A stretch of DNA of 64,000 nucleotides from Epithemia pelagica (taxonomy: Eukaryota > Protista > Bacillariophyta): the NCBI GenBank assembly GCA_946965045.2, contig OX337238.1, forward strand, positions 744,001-808,000, in the 5' to 3' direction. Positions 22,312-33,603 of the stretch are shown here, in pieces. Under the pieces are notes generated by a model. It saw nothing but the letters and a program-made list of their open reading frames with translations, had not been told where the DNA came from and searched no databases. How positions within the stretch are numbered: the stretch's first letter is position 1; each line of letters begins with the position of its first letter. A program made the position numbers and the translations under genes.

Positions 22312-22785
22312 ATGAAGTTTTTTTCTCAAAACAACAACAACGAGGAAGGCCAAGTCGAAAAGAGGGACACAACTTTGGAATCAATTGGCAACAAACCAAG
22401 CGGTAATCCTCGATCCAAACGAAAGAAACGGTCCAAGAAAATGCCAAAGGCATCACTACAACCTCCCCCTCCTCCTCCTTCTCGTCGTCCGAACATTGCC
22501 GAGCGAATTTCCATGCTACAAATGGCTTCCCTTAATCATACAGGATATAAACCAGAGAACGGTGTCAAGCTTGCCCTTCCAGAGGTTCCCAACAGAAAGA
22601 AGAAGTCTGGCTCCCGGACAAAATCAGGCCGTAAGAAGGAAAGTGACAGCAGTAGCAGAAGCAAGAACAAGAAAATTGTCACGCAGCGCATTCGGTTTGT
22701 TCCACGAGTTGGAAGTCGCAACAAATCCAGTGTTCCAGCGGAAGATGTCTGGGTGCAACTTGTCCAGGAAGGATCCCGCATGTAG
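22312..22785 (+). CDS. Basic Lys/Arg/Ser-rich hypothetical protein (157 aa; same frame continues past the TAG to 23010)
   Basis: ATG-initiated ORF downstream of a promoter-like gap; no domain recognised. Confidence 0.4.
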   Translation: MKFFSQNNNNEEGQVEKRDTTLESIGNKPSGNPRSKRKKRSKKMPKASLQPPPPPPSRRPNIAERISMLQMASLNHTGYKPENGVKLALPEVPNRKKKSGSRTKSGRKKESDSSSRSKNKKIVTQRIRFVPRVGSRNKSSVPAEDVWVQLVQEGSRM

Positions 22786-23068
22786 AACAGCGTGATGAGA
22801 CCATGTGTCGACGAGGGGCATGAAAAAGTAGCTTTTGAAAATATCTGGGGAATATGGCAAGGACTTTTTTACCGCGAGCTGGTGCCAGTGGAGTTGGGTC
22901 GTCGTATCACACCGCGATCCTGTTCGAGTATATACCAAAAGGTTGCTTCTTTACTGTGTAGGAGTAAATGCTGTTTAATTTCATCATCATATTTTGCCAA
23001 ATACGCCTAGTCTACGCCGAAGAGCTTCATCTAGATGTACTTCGTTGGGCATGCCATGTGCTCGGACA

Positions 23069-24395
23069 CTACAGTTTACGAATGTGCCACAACCCAATCG
23101 CAAAGTCGGAAAAGAATCCGCCTAATGCCCAATCACCGGTAAACCAATGAGATATTGGGAGAGCTGTCAAAACCAACAAGGTCGATACCACAAGAGATGG
23201 CCAAGTTTCAAAGAATGTAATGTGTCTTCCATAGTGATGCTCGATGAACATGGTAAGGCCATTGTACAAAAAGAATAGGGTGAGTTTCAATGGAATTGGA
23301 GAGAAGGACGAAGCAGCAGACTGTTCTTCTGCTGGTGCGTATTGATAGAAAATGACGGCCCAGCAATATTCATGAAGCAACCCTGACGCCAAGAACGCTG
23401 CGACCATACCCATGGCATAGCTGATCGTCGTGCCACTTTCTTCAAATGCCTTCTTGGCCGGCAAAAAGGCTCCATGTTTTAACACCCGATGGATCATCAA
23501 GTCCCATTTTCGTCCCCAAAATTCTCGAATCGACCGACTGCTAAAGAGCGGATTGTCAAAAATATTTTTGGTTGCGTATCCCTTGACTTGTTCTCCAAAG
23601 GTGGTCAACTCAAAACCAGTGGCTAGGACAAAGTAAGTAAGCACAGCCAGACAGTAGGTGTTGACAATGTGGGCAGGGGAGAGTAGATCCCACGACAGGT
23701 GAAAACTATCCAACGGAATGTTGGATTGCATGGGTTGAAAGTTGACGTGCATCATAAACGAGAGCCACAAACTCACGCCCGTAAAGAAATACGCGATTCG
23801 CATCAAGGCTCCCACCAGTTCACCGCTGGTTATTTTTCGTCGAGACTTGGTTTCGGCATCCCACTCGAAATGTGATACGGTCGAATAATATACCATGTAC
23901 GTGCCGACGGACGTTTCGACGACGGCCGGAGATGTTCCATGCATTGCCTCAATGGTCCGAAAGCTTACAATCATTGGCAGTGTAGCAAAAGCCAACTTGA
24001 CATTGGCATTGTGAACAAGAAAGAACTCCAACATTTGAAAGGGAATGTACAAGGACAATGGTATTATGACACCATATCCAAGCAAGTACGACATTGTCGT
24101 TCCTCGTTGTTTCACAATGAAGAGATACACAAGGACCGCAAAGACCATTTGAAATCCAAGCTGAACAAGGATACTCTGAATATATTCAAGATTAAGAAAA
24201 AGTTGAGAATAAGAGCAAGGAATGTCTACACTGTCATGGCCAGAAGACACTTACGAGTATCAGTTGATTCCATAGTTGCGACTTGGGAGCGTAAAGGGCA
24301 TACTCCCCTTCTAGACCAGGAATTGAAAACACATGAACTGGTTCCCTTTCATCTGTAATCAGTTTATCTTCAAAGAGCTGCTTTATGGCTTCCAT
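23069..24395 (-). CDS. MBOAT-family O-acyltransferase, wax synthase-like (~415 aa); exons 24395-24255 and 24175-23069
   Basis: FDNPLFSSRSIREFWGRKWDLMIHRVLK and AFLASGLLHEY (catalytic His); 79-nt phase-0 intron GTAAGT...TTCAG supplies the ATG-bearing first exon. Confidence 0.85.
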
Positions 24396-24442
24396 TGCGA
24401 CTATGTAAACAGAAGGAAAGGTCTTCGGACTTAGGAGAGCGT

Positions 24443-24474
24443 TCATGCCTCATGCCTCATGCCTCATGCCTCAT
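24443..24474. repeat. (TCATGCC)4-TCAT heptamer repeat in the MBOAT/LRR divergent promoter
   Basis: Directly visible. Confidence 0.95.
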
Positions 24475-24799
24475 CCAAGCTTCAAGATGCGGACGCGCGA
24501 CGCAAAATAAAAATCCCCAGCATGACCAAGACTGCTATTTTCTTAAGCTCTCCCCAAAAAGAAGTAAGGCAAGGTAGTAAGACCAAAATTAACGGATGCA
24601 TATGTTGGCACGCCGGCTGAGCATGGAGTTGGTTAGATTGCATCTCCACAAAAACCTGAATCTGTGTCGTTCAGTCTTGTGGAATGGCAGGTTTCCGTCG
24701 AACAACTTGACCAAATTTTGGGGCATTGCCATGATGCTCCCCAAAAAGAAAAATTGATGGAAGAAAGCGTCATCGATAGACCAATGTTCAAACGCGACA

Positions 24800-26618
24800 A
24801 TGAGGTCCTTTGTTCTGCCTCCGGCTCTGATCATCGCAGTTCTGAATTGCCATGTCCATGAGACTCTGTCCACGGATGTCCTCATCAGTCCCAGCCCTCC
24901 ACCTTCGGTGACAGGCGGCCGAAGACTACAGCGAAAGAGAATAAACAAGGAGCAACAACATAGAATAGAAGAGCAAGAGAAGGAAAAAGAGCTAAATGCA
25001 TTCAGAGACGTATGGGAAGCGGAAGTATTATTGGCAGAGAGGGAGGCCGAGCGCCTGCTTTTTGAAGACATTTTTCAAGCATTCAGCTTGCCTCCAATAC
25101 CTTCACCCCAGCCTTCTCCTTCTCCAACAATCGCCAGTTGTTTGAATGGAAGAACGCGGGAAGAATTCCTATTAGATCAACTATCGGAAATAACACCTAC
25201 CAACATCCTGGTCAACCCAACAACCCCGCAAGGCCAGGCATTTGTATTCATGAATAACGATCCACTGAATCCAGATGTATGCACATACCCCACGATTGAT
25301 CAACGGTACGGTTTGGCGACATTTTTCTATTCCACGGATGGAAGCAATTGGGGGGATCGCCAGGGGTGGCTTTCCAATCTAGAGGAGTGTAATTGGAGTG
25401 GTGTAACTTGCAATGACGGTACATTGGTATCAAACCTGCAATCTCGTAAGAACATAGCTGCTCTTGAATCAGTTGCTCGTCAGCACTTTCAACTCACTAA
25501 AGCTTTTTGCCTTGTCAGGAGGGAACAATTTGGAGGGAACTCTGCCGGATGAGATTTCGACCTTGTACGGCATGACACAGCTGCTGTTATCATCAAATAC
25601 GTTGACAGGGACGATTCCGTTGGGCATATCCAATCTCACACAATTGAGCGCACTGGATCTGGAGATGAACGAGTTGTCGGGTCCTCCAATACCCGCACAA
25701 CTCCTAGCACTGGGTGGTAGCCTGGAACAATTGTTCTTGTCCAACAACCAGTTCGCGCAAGAAACCATTCCACCAGATATTGTACTCTTGACGAAGCTGA
25801 CGGACTTGTGGATGGCCAACAATGGGCTCGTGGGACCCATTCCAACGACGATTGGGGCTTTGACCAACTTGAGGTCGTTGATTCTTTACGAAAACCAGTT
25901 GACTGGACAGATACCCTCCCAAATGGGTAATCTCGTGAACATGGGAAACTTGCAACTGTATGACAATGTGTTGGTCAATTCCATACCTGAACAGTTTTAC
26001 AACATGAACCAACTCAGTGTGTTGCAGCTGCAGCAAAACTTTTTGTCTGGTACAATATCTACCAGTTTTGGGAACTTGAATCAATTGACTGATGTGAGAT
26101 TCAACGACAATTTCTTCCGTGGGCCAATACCCAATTCGATCAGCAGTCTAACGAGGTTACAAGTTGCTTCATTTGGTTCAACGAGACTGGAAGGCAACAT
26201 TCCCAATGTCTTTGCAAATTTGAATGAGCTACAGGTACTGGACCTTTCGCTTTCAGCATTTACTGGTCCAATTCCAAACTCCATATTTTCCATCCCAACT
26301 CTAGAGCTCCTGTACATGAATGGGAATCGATTAACTGGCAACATTCCGCCTGCCTATTCAAATCCTCCTGGCCTTCAAGATTTGTATCTGGACGACAACC
26401 AACTGGATGGCACTGTGCCACCAATTTCGTCCGGGGAGTTGAATGCGTTGACCGAGTTTACATTGGACAGGAACTCAATTGTAGGAAGCATGCCTCAATC
26501 GGTATGCAGTTTGCGAAGCATCGCTCTCATAACCTTGACAGCCGACTGTGGAGGCCCAAACGCAGAGTTTTTCTGCCCCTTTCCAGATTGTTGCACAGAA
26601 TGCGGACAGGATATTTGA
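24800..26618 (+). CDS. Secreted leucine-rich repeat protein; exons 24800-25445 and 25519-26618
   Basis: Signal peptide, RRL motif, QRYGLATFFYST...W cap, ECNWSGVTC, repeated LxLxxNxLxGxIP, Cys-rich tail DCCTEC; 73-nt intron GTAAGA...GTCAG. Confidence 0.9.
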
Positions 26619-27520
26619 GTTCAAGGTTCAACAAAGACGTTTCGGCTATCGAGATTGGTCATTAATTATGGCCCATTGCTCTCTTGAGGGCATCAGCAAG
26701 ACCATTCATGAGAAGAGATTCATGGACGACGACAATACAACGAAGCAGTTCTTGTCGCGAGTTAACGATTTTCAATTCATTTCATTCGGATCATTCTATG
26801 CACCTGGGGGACGTCTCAAGCTGAATTGGGAAAAGTTGATACCTTCAAAGCCGATGCCGAAAGGAGACTTCTTGCCAGTTTTAGGATTCTATTAGATTTA
26901 ACAACGCTATAGGGGGTCCATCGCGCTGTTGACTCATTACCCAGCGTTTTAGAATTCGATCCGTTATGTCCTTCCTCTGATGCATCTTCCACGTCACGAT
27001 AGGTTTTGCGTAAGTTTGAAGACAAACCATTCCCGCCAAACTCTGACTACAAACACAAAACTCGTCGCATCGCAAAGCTAAAGACCAACAGTCGACATGA
27101 CAACTCTTTTCCTTTATCTCTTCGCTGATAGCAACGATGCTTGCTATGCTGTCACTCCTTTTCTTTCAGTCTGCGGCATTGCGGCTGTGGGATACATCGC
27201 GAGAGCCTGTGCTCTGAGCAAGCATGCGCGCACCGCAGCGAAGTTGAAGAAGGGCCGGTTTAATTCATGAGGACGACCATGAGCATTCCGTCCAAACCGG
27301 CCTTTCAATCACGCGCAGTGGCATCGTTCCATTTTTGATGATGGTACGGTTTCACGGGTTTGACCAGGAAGAAGCATCATCCTTGATGAGTTTTCGGATA
27401 CCGCTTTCTCTGACATTCACCAATCCTTCGTTACGGCGGCCACGGTGAGAGCGATCGTGTTCAAATCATCATCAGGTCAACAAGGTTGGATTGTCTTATC
27501 CCGTACAAGACAAGGTAATC

Positions 27521-29108
27521 ATGGATATGGAAATGCCGACCAATGCTGGTTCGTTCCATTATGCATCCCATCAAATAAATTTTCTCCATGTGGTTCGAAC
27601 AGACAAATATGGAGAGCAATCGAGTTTTTCCTTCAGAAGTGATGAAAACAGTGTCTCCAGTGCCGAAATGTTGTCCGCGCTTCACCAGGATATCGATAAT
27701 GGTGATGGAGAAATGAAGGACGTCCTCGATTCCTTCCGCTACATGCCAACTGGTGAGGAGGAAGAGGGAAGTACGGGATCCTGCCCGACGCTGACGACTG
27801 ATTTCGAAACTCCTGGAAGCCCAGAATCGCACCAGGCAAAGAGGCAAAAAAGATCAGTCAATCAAGATGAAGAATATCCAGTAGATGATCTCTCCGACCC
27901 CATCGTGTGCTTCAGTGAAGCCAATGACTCACAATACCTCGACGACAATGGACTTGATACTCCCTTTACTCCTCCGAAGAATACACCACACAGTTACTAC
28001 ACTGAAGTTACCCCCGAAGCTCCGGCAGTGCCATTCCTTGACTCTCTGATCGAATGCGACGGCGGACTGCAAGAGCTGACCGGATCAAACGAAAAAGAAG
28101 GAATTGTCGACGACGATGACGACAAGAAATTAACTCCCTTGCAGTCATCAGTTCAATATCATAACATCCACGGCAAGAACGCTGAGAATTCCGACAGATT
28201 GTTGGGCACCAACCCTGCCTTCTATCATCGTGAACTGACAAGCATGTCAATGGATCTGGACCCTATTCCTTATCACCCTATCCCAATGGAGAGTAAGGAG
28301 AAATGGTGTGGCAAAGCACCATTCCGGCATTGTTCGGGACAAGTCGCAAACACACCCGAGTCAAAGCATGCATCCAAAGTAGATGAAAATGCTTCTCTGG
28401 CCTATCAAGAAGAACAAGACGACAGTAAACTTGCATCCATCCTTCGTTCACTTTGGACGTCAGACATGTGTGAAGCCAAACCAGCAGCTGTTCAGTCCCG
28501 AAGGTTTGCCCATTGGACCACGGAAGAGGACCGTCTTCTGACAGAAGCAGTCTCCAACGAAGGCGGGACGAAGATTAGCTGGACACTGATCTCGACAAAG
28601 TATTTTCATGGAGTTCGCAACATGAATCAATGCAAAGGACGGTGGGCAAAGGTAAGGCACGAATCGACAGAGAACCATGTTTCATGACGGACAACGCCAA
28701 AACTCACATTACTAATCTCTCTTTCTTTCTCTCTCTCTCTGGAACTATCAACAGCTTCAGCGAGGAAGAGCTCCGTGGACAAAGAAGGAAGATGATTTCA
28801 TTTTGGAGGGCCATGCTGCGGGAAAGGACTTTTCGGAAATCGCCAGCAAACTTCCCGGCCGTACCACAGGACAAGTTCGTGATCGCTTCAATAACGAGAT
28901 TAACCCGGATCTCAACAAGACGCCCCTCTCGGAACAGGAGAAGCAAACTGTATACAAATTGCAGCAGAAGTACGGGAACAAGTGGACGATGATTGCCCAA
29001 CGTTTGCCAGGAAGGTCAGAAAATCAAATCAAGAACTGTTGGCACAATGCCAAAATGACGCAACGTCGTCTTCTCCGGCGAATGGCCAAAGACGGGAATC
29101 CAAAGTAA
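27521..29108 (+). CDS. Myb transcription factor with three C-terminal repeats (~494 aa); exons 27521-28651 and 28755-29108
   Basis: R1 HWTTEEDRLL...QCKGRWAK, R2 APWTKKEDDFI...QVRDRF, R3 ...YGNKWTMIAQRLPGRSENQIKNCW; 103-nt phase-0 intron with (CT)n tract. Confidence 0.9.
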
Positions 29109-29528
29109 GGGAGAAGGAGGCAAGCGAATGTATGCATGCATAACAAGTATCATTCTTGAGATGCCGAGAAACAGAAGCGTCCGCACAAAAGAATACATTC
29201 ATGAGAGAGGCAAAGGAGCTTGAGGACGGAAAATGACATAACTCTTTGGCTGCTTTGCTCTATTCGTCGTTAACAAGTAATAAATCTGTACTTCATGCAT
29301 TTTGTTGTGACTGGATTGACAGACAATAGGTGTGACGTTCCTTACACTTGATGGCTTTGAAGTATTTGCAACAAAGATGGTCGATACATAGGCTGTTGAT
29401 CCGCATGTGAATAGAGCGTAGCCACTGTATCTTTTCCTCGAGCTTTACGGGTGGCGAAGGATGTCGAGAAAAAGCACACTCTTCATACTTGAAAACTAGG
29501 CCTGCTGGTTGCGGATTGGCAACGTGGT

Positions 29529-30308
29529 TTAGTTCTTGTCTGGTTTCGTTTCGGCATTTGACTCGTCCTTGGAGATGGATGGTATCTTCTTTTGTTGACT
29601 CTTCTTGTTTCGTTCCATCCGATCTTGTTCCAATCGTTTAAATTCCGCCTTGGCTTGCGTCAAATGTTCGGGAGTCAAGGGTTCTCCTCGAGACTTGCGA
29701 AAGACAACGTATCCAAGAGTAATCGCAATGATCAGGGTGGTGTACATGAAGATTTCCGATCGTGACGAAGAATGATAGGACAATCGTTGGATTGAAGACG
29801 ACGACGACGACGACATGGTTGTGGGCCGGATGGTTGAACCCTGAAACGGCCATTTAGATGACAATGATGCACCCAACAAAGAGGATGAGGAGATAGTGGC
29901 ACACGATGAGAACCGTCTCGATGCAACCTGTAAGCGTTGCAATGCCAAAGATTGTGTTTGGAGCCGTGCCAGTTGGCGGTGATTGCTGTCACGGTCCATG
30001 TCCTTCTTTCGTACGGAAAATGGTACGGTAGAGCTCGACAATAGTGCGGAATGAGGCTTGGTATATTGGCCTCGTGAGCCGTCGCTGTCATCATGACGAC
30101 AACATACGGAACGACCAGAATCCAGTGGTAGGTGCTGCGTTGTCGTCGTCAATGGACGTCCAGATATCTGTCGTTTCCACACAATATGGTGGATCCACCC
30201 ACTCAAACTCTGTCGAACAGTAGAGGGTTTCATGATGGTCGATCCAGCAAACGTCCTTGCCGTTGCCATTGTCGTCACGTCATGGTCGAGCCAGTACGTA
30301 CGTACCAT
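29529..30308 (-). CDS. Hypothetical single-pass membrane protein with Arg/Ser-rich N-terminal region
   Basis: 259-aa ORF; TM IFMYTTLIIAITLGYVVF followed by a charged tail; start uncertain. Confidence 0.5.
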   Translation of the reverse strand: MVRTYWLDHDVTTMATARTFAGSTIMKPSTVRQSLSGWIHHIVWKRQISGRPLTTTTQHLPLDSGRSVCCRHDDSDGSRGQYTKPHSALLSSSTVPFSVRKKDMDRDSNHRQLARLQTQSLALQRLQVASRRFSSCATISSSSLLGASLSSKWPFQGSTIRPTTMSSSSSSSIQRLSYHSSSRSEIFMYTTLIIAITLGYVVFRKSRGEPLTPEHLTQAKAEFKRLEQDRMERNKKSQQKKIPSISKDESNAETKPDKN

Positions 30309-30675
30309 GGAGAGCGTCTAAAACGCGACCTCTTTTGACACGACTGGACCCAGTCACGCATCAGACGAGTTTTGGAAGATGGCTGTTTGGCACATGGAAA
30401 CGCATCTATGCATCAACAGAACCAAGAATGCAACCAAGAACAGGATGCACATCGAACGTTCCCTTATCGGACCACGAACCTCGGTGGTCACTACTGGAAT
30501 CTCTGGAGGTGATTCCGTAGCTTTTTCTGGAAGAGGAAGACGACCAAGGCAAACGAACAGAGAAGTGTGTCTGTCTCTGCTGTTGGAGAACGGAGCTCTA
30601 GAGGAACGAGGAGTCTAATAGCTTGCTAGTAGCGAATAATTTTGCACCGCGTCACTGACCAATTGTGGCCCATTC

Positions 30676-31191
30676 CTATAATCCTGCGGCAGCTCGGGGC
30701 ATGAGTTCTCCCGTCAATGGATCGACACCCGTGGCTCCCACATAGACCATGTATCCCGTGACGAGTAGGTTGAGAACCAACAGAATGGTCCCGGTAAAGA
30801 GAGGAACGGCATTGTGAAGCAGTACCACGTCGTCTTTCTCGTCGTCGTCTTGGGTTGGATTCGTCAAGGGATCCACGACAGCGTCGTCGTCATTCTTTGG
30901 GAGGGCATCGCCTGGTTGGTTTGGGACTACGGCGTCCAACCAAACGCTGGAACGCAACGACCGGGAGGATGGAATGGTTCTTGTCTCCGGAAGCGCGACC
31001 TGGATTGATGGTACAGTGTAGTAGCATGGTGTGGGGTGTAGTATTCTCGTTCGTGGTACAAAGGCAGCCTCGGCCGCACACACTCTTGTGGTGGTTGTCC
31101 GGTCGAATGTCGATATGGCCAGGACCAGCCAGACCATCACCACTCGACGTACAATGGGTGTCACCCCGAACGGAGGGAAGGACAATGCCAT
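30676..31191 (-). CDS. Small hypothetical membrane protein, possibly plastid-targeted
   Basis: Hydrophobic N-terminus followed by AEAAFVP (resembles the ASAFAP bipartite motif), Ser/Thr/Arg-rich stretch, C-terminal TM GTILLVLNLLVTGYMVYV. Confidence 0.5.
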   Translation of the reverse strand: MALSFPPFGVTPIVRRVVMVWLVLAISTFDRTTTTRVCAAEAAFVPRTRILHPTPCYYTVPSIQVALPETRTIPSSRSLRSSVWLDAVVPNQPGDALPKNDDDAVVDPLTNPTQDDDEKDDVVLLHNAVPLFTGTILLVLNLLVTGYMVYVGATGVDPLTGELMPRAAAGL

Positions 31192-31530
31192 GATTGGAAC
31201 TCTTGTGTCGAATTGCGGTCCAAACCACAACAACAACAGAGTTGGTGTAGCGAAACCAAAAAAGATACCATTCCCACCCAAAGATTCTTTTGTACTCTCC
31301 ACATGAGTCATGTACACTTCTTTTCGGTCTCGTACTCTCTCCTCTCTCTTAGAATGAGCGAGTCCCGCGGGTATCAGCTCTCATGCGAACTCCATAATAG
31401 AAATCAAACGTCGCGAGAAGTGTCACGCAGTCACGCACACGAACGCGAATTCGTCATCCGAGGGAGATTTCGTTGCACCGTGAGGAGTCCATTCAGCAGA
31501 AGAAGAGAGAGAGAGAGAGAGATCAGCACC

Positions 31531-32796
31531 ATGAGCAACGAACCCATGAGCAAAAAGCCGCGGCTTTCGTCGTCGTCGTCATTGAGTGACGAGAAACAAG
31601 GACATGATGTGGAATGGAAGCGGCCTTTGGAGAAGGCCGATACCGTGAATTTTGACCCAACTTCGGTGGGTTTGTCGTCGGACTTTTCCTTGACGGATTG
31701 GTCCGATTTGAAAGGATGAGCCTGTAAGATCCCCCAAGATGAATTGCAATCGATGCTGGCAACTCTGAATTTGGGGGATGGGCAAAATGTGGGAACCGCA
31801 GATGGAAGGATTGCCTTGGATTGTTCGGTACGACCGACACGCTATCATCGTTCGGGACAAGCACAACAGTACACGATTTCCACAACCGACTTTTTCTTTC
31901 CCTTAGTGGATTCTCCCTACGTGCAAGGTCGGATTGGAGCCGCCAATGTCTTGTCGGATTTGTATGCGCAGGGCGTGGAACACTGTGATTTTGTCCTCAT
32001 GTTATTGGCGGCCTGTCGCGCCATGCCGGCGGCGGATCGAACCATTTGTACCCAAGAAATGGTCAAGGGCTTTCGGGATGCCTGTCGACAAGCCGGAACC
32101 GTCGTCACGGGAGGACAGACCGTCTTGAATCCCTGGCCCATTATTGGAGGTGTCGCAACCTCGGTCGTGGCCGAGGGGGAATTTGTCTTTTCCGATGGCG
32201 CCCAAGCCACTCAAGTGGTGGTCTTGACCAAGCCGCTGGGAACCCAAATTGCCGTCAATGTACATCAATGGAAAAAAGATTTTGTCGACGAAACAACGAC
32301 GAACAACAAGAAGAAGAAGAATCAGTGGCAAACGATTTTGGATCAAAACGTCTTGACGGGTGACCAAGCTCAAGAGTTGATGCACAAGGCTGTGTGTTCC
32401 ATGGCGCGGTTGAATCACATTGGCGCTCGGCTCATGCTGAAACATGGTGCCACGGCCGCGACGGATGTCACAGGATTTGGATTGTTGGGCCATGCCCAAA
32501 ATTTGGTGGACAATCAAAAGGCAGCGGTAGGAATCGAATTGCATACCTTGCCGTGTTTCCACGGATCGGTGGCCGTGAATGAACAAATCATGGACTTTGG
32601 GTTGACCAAGGGAACCTCGGCCGAAACATCGGGAGGATTAATGGTCGTACTGCCATCACAGGAAGCTGCCCAAGCCTATTGTACTGAATTGCAACAATTG
32701 GATGACAATTGTCCAGCTTGGATCGTGGGGAACGTCGTGGACGATCCTGATCGCAAAGCCGTCTTTCGAGAACCCATAAACATTTTGCACATTTAA
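31531..32796 (+). CDS. SEPHS2: Selenophosphate synthetase (selenide, water dikinase), Sec-containing SPS2 type; UGA at 31717-31719 = codon 63; 421 aa
   Basis: Track ORFs 31213-31719 and 31744-32796 are in one frame, separated only by TGA in LKG-(TGA)-ACKIP, matching the active-site KGUGCKVP. TTDFFFPLVD, ANVLSDLYA, GGQTVLNPW, LTKPLGTQ, ATDVTGFGLLGHA, ETSGGL. Confidence 0.93.
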
Positions 32797-32942
32797 TAAT
32801 CTGGAAAGGATGATATGGGGATGTGAAACGTTGAAGAACACAGCGCACGACAGAGGACAAGAGAAGAATGGAAAACCGGGATGCAAGTGGCATGCTACAT
32901 GTCGCAGGATGGTGTGAGAGTTGGTGGTGGATCGACCCACGT

Positions 32943-33012
32943 GTAACCAGAATGACAGAGCATGCTTGTATCGTTGCATCAATGACACAAGCTGTTCTTG
33001 AAAAAGAGTTAC
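32943..33012 (+). promoter_or_regulatory. Candidate SECIS element in the SPS2 3' UTR
   Basis: Helix I GUAAC/GUUAC; core AUGAC (32952-56)/UGAA (32999-33002); 12-bp helix II AGAGCA-u-GCUUGU/ACAAGC-UGUUCU; apical mini-helix UCGUUG/CAAUGA; ~150 nt after the stop. Confidence 0.75.
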
Positions 33013-33603
33013 CGGGGTGCAAAAAGAGTCTCTAGGCAGTTCCTGTCCTTGACGAGCCGGTCCATTCGGCCCGAAACCCCCTCTCTTTGGTATTGGAGGG
33101 GGTTTTGGTATACAGTGCACGGACGAGTTCTCTCCTGGTTCCGGAACCAAAACACACATGGTTCCAGGATACACGAGGGAAATGCATCGCTCGACCCACT
33201 TTTGCCTTGGATCCATGACGTTTTCTCTCTCTGCCCAACAAGCAGCAAACTCCGTCGCCGCACAACAAGCGACACGGCACGATGAACCGCGTGAGGGGGC
33301 ATACCACCATACAGTAGGTACAACGCAGTCTAATATTAGATGTCATGAAACATTCTGGCATAGTCTCTAGAGATCAGACTTTCACTTCTACTTGACCGAT
33401 GCATCCGAGTGTTGATACTACCTCCTCTCCATATGTCATAGTAACGCAAGCTACCCGAACATATCACTACTCAGTATTCCAAAGGAGATGTATTATAGAT
33501 ACATAATAATACGAGAACTTACATTGCATGATAGGTAGTGCTGATTCCCATCGTGACGGTTCATTTCTCCCGAAAAAAATCTTTCTCCGCGTATCTTTCT
33601 CTC

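Noticed and set aside
26620-27100. Possible decayed gene on the minus strand (e.g. NELKIVNSRQELLRCIVVVHESLL)
   Set aside because: Short stop-riddled fragments with no recognisable homology; cannot be supported without a search.
31213-31719. Stand-alone 168-aa protein
   Set aside because: Its 3' part is the N-terminus of SPS2 up to the Sec codon; the portion upstream of ATG 31531 is promoter/UTR-like.
33074-33105. 11-bp hairpin AAACCCCCTCT/GGAGGGGGTTT as an alternative SECIS
   Set aside because: No AUGA/GA core at its base; the 32943-33012 structure fits far better.
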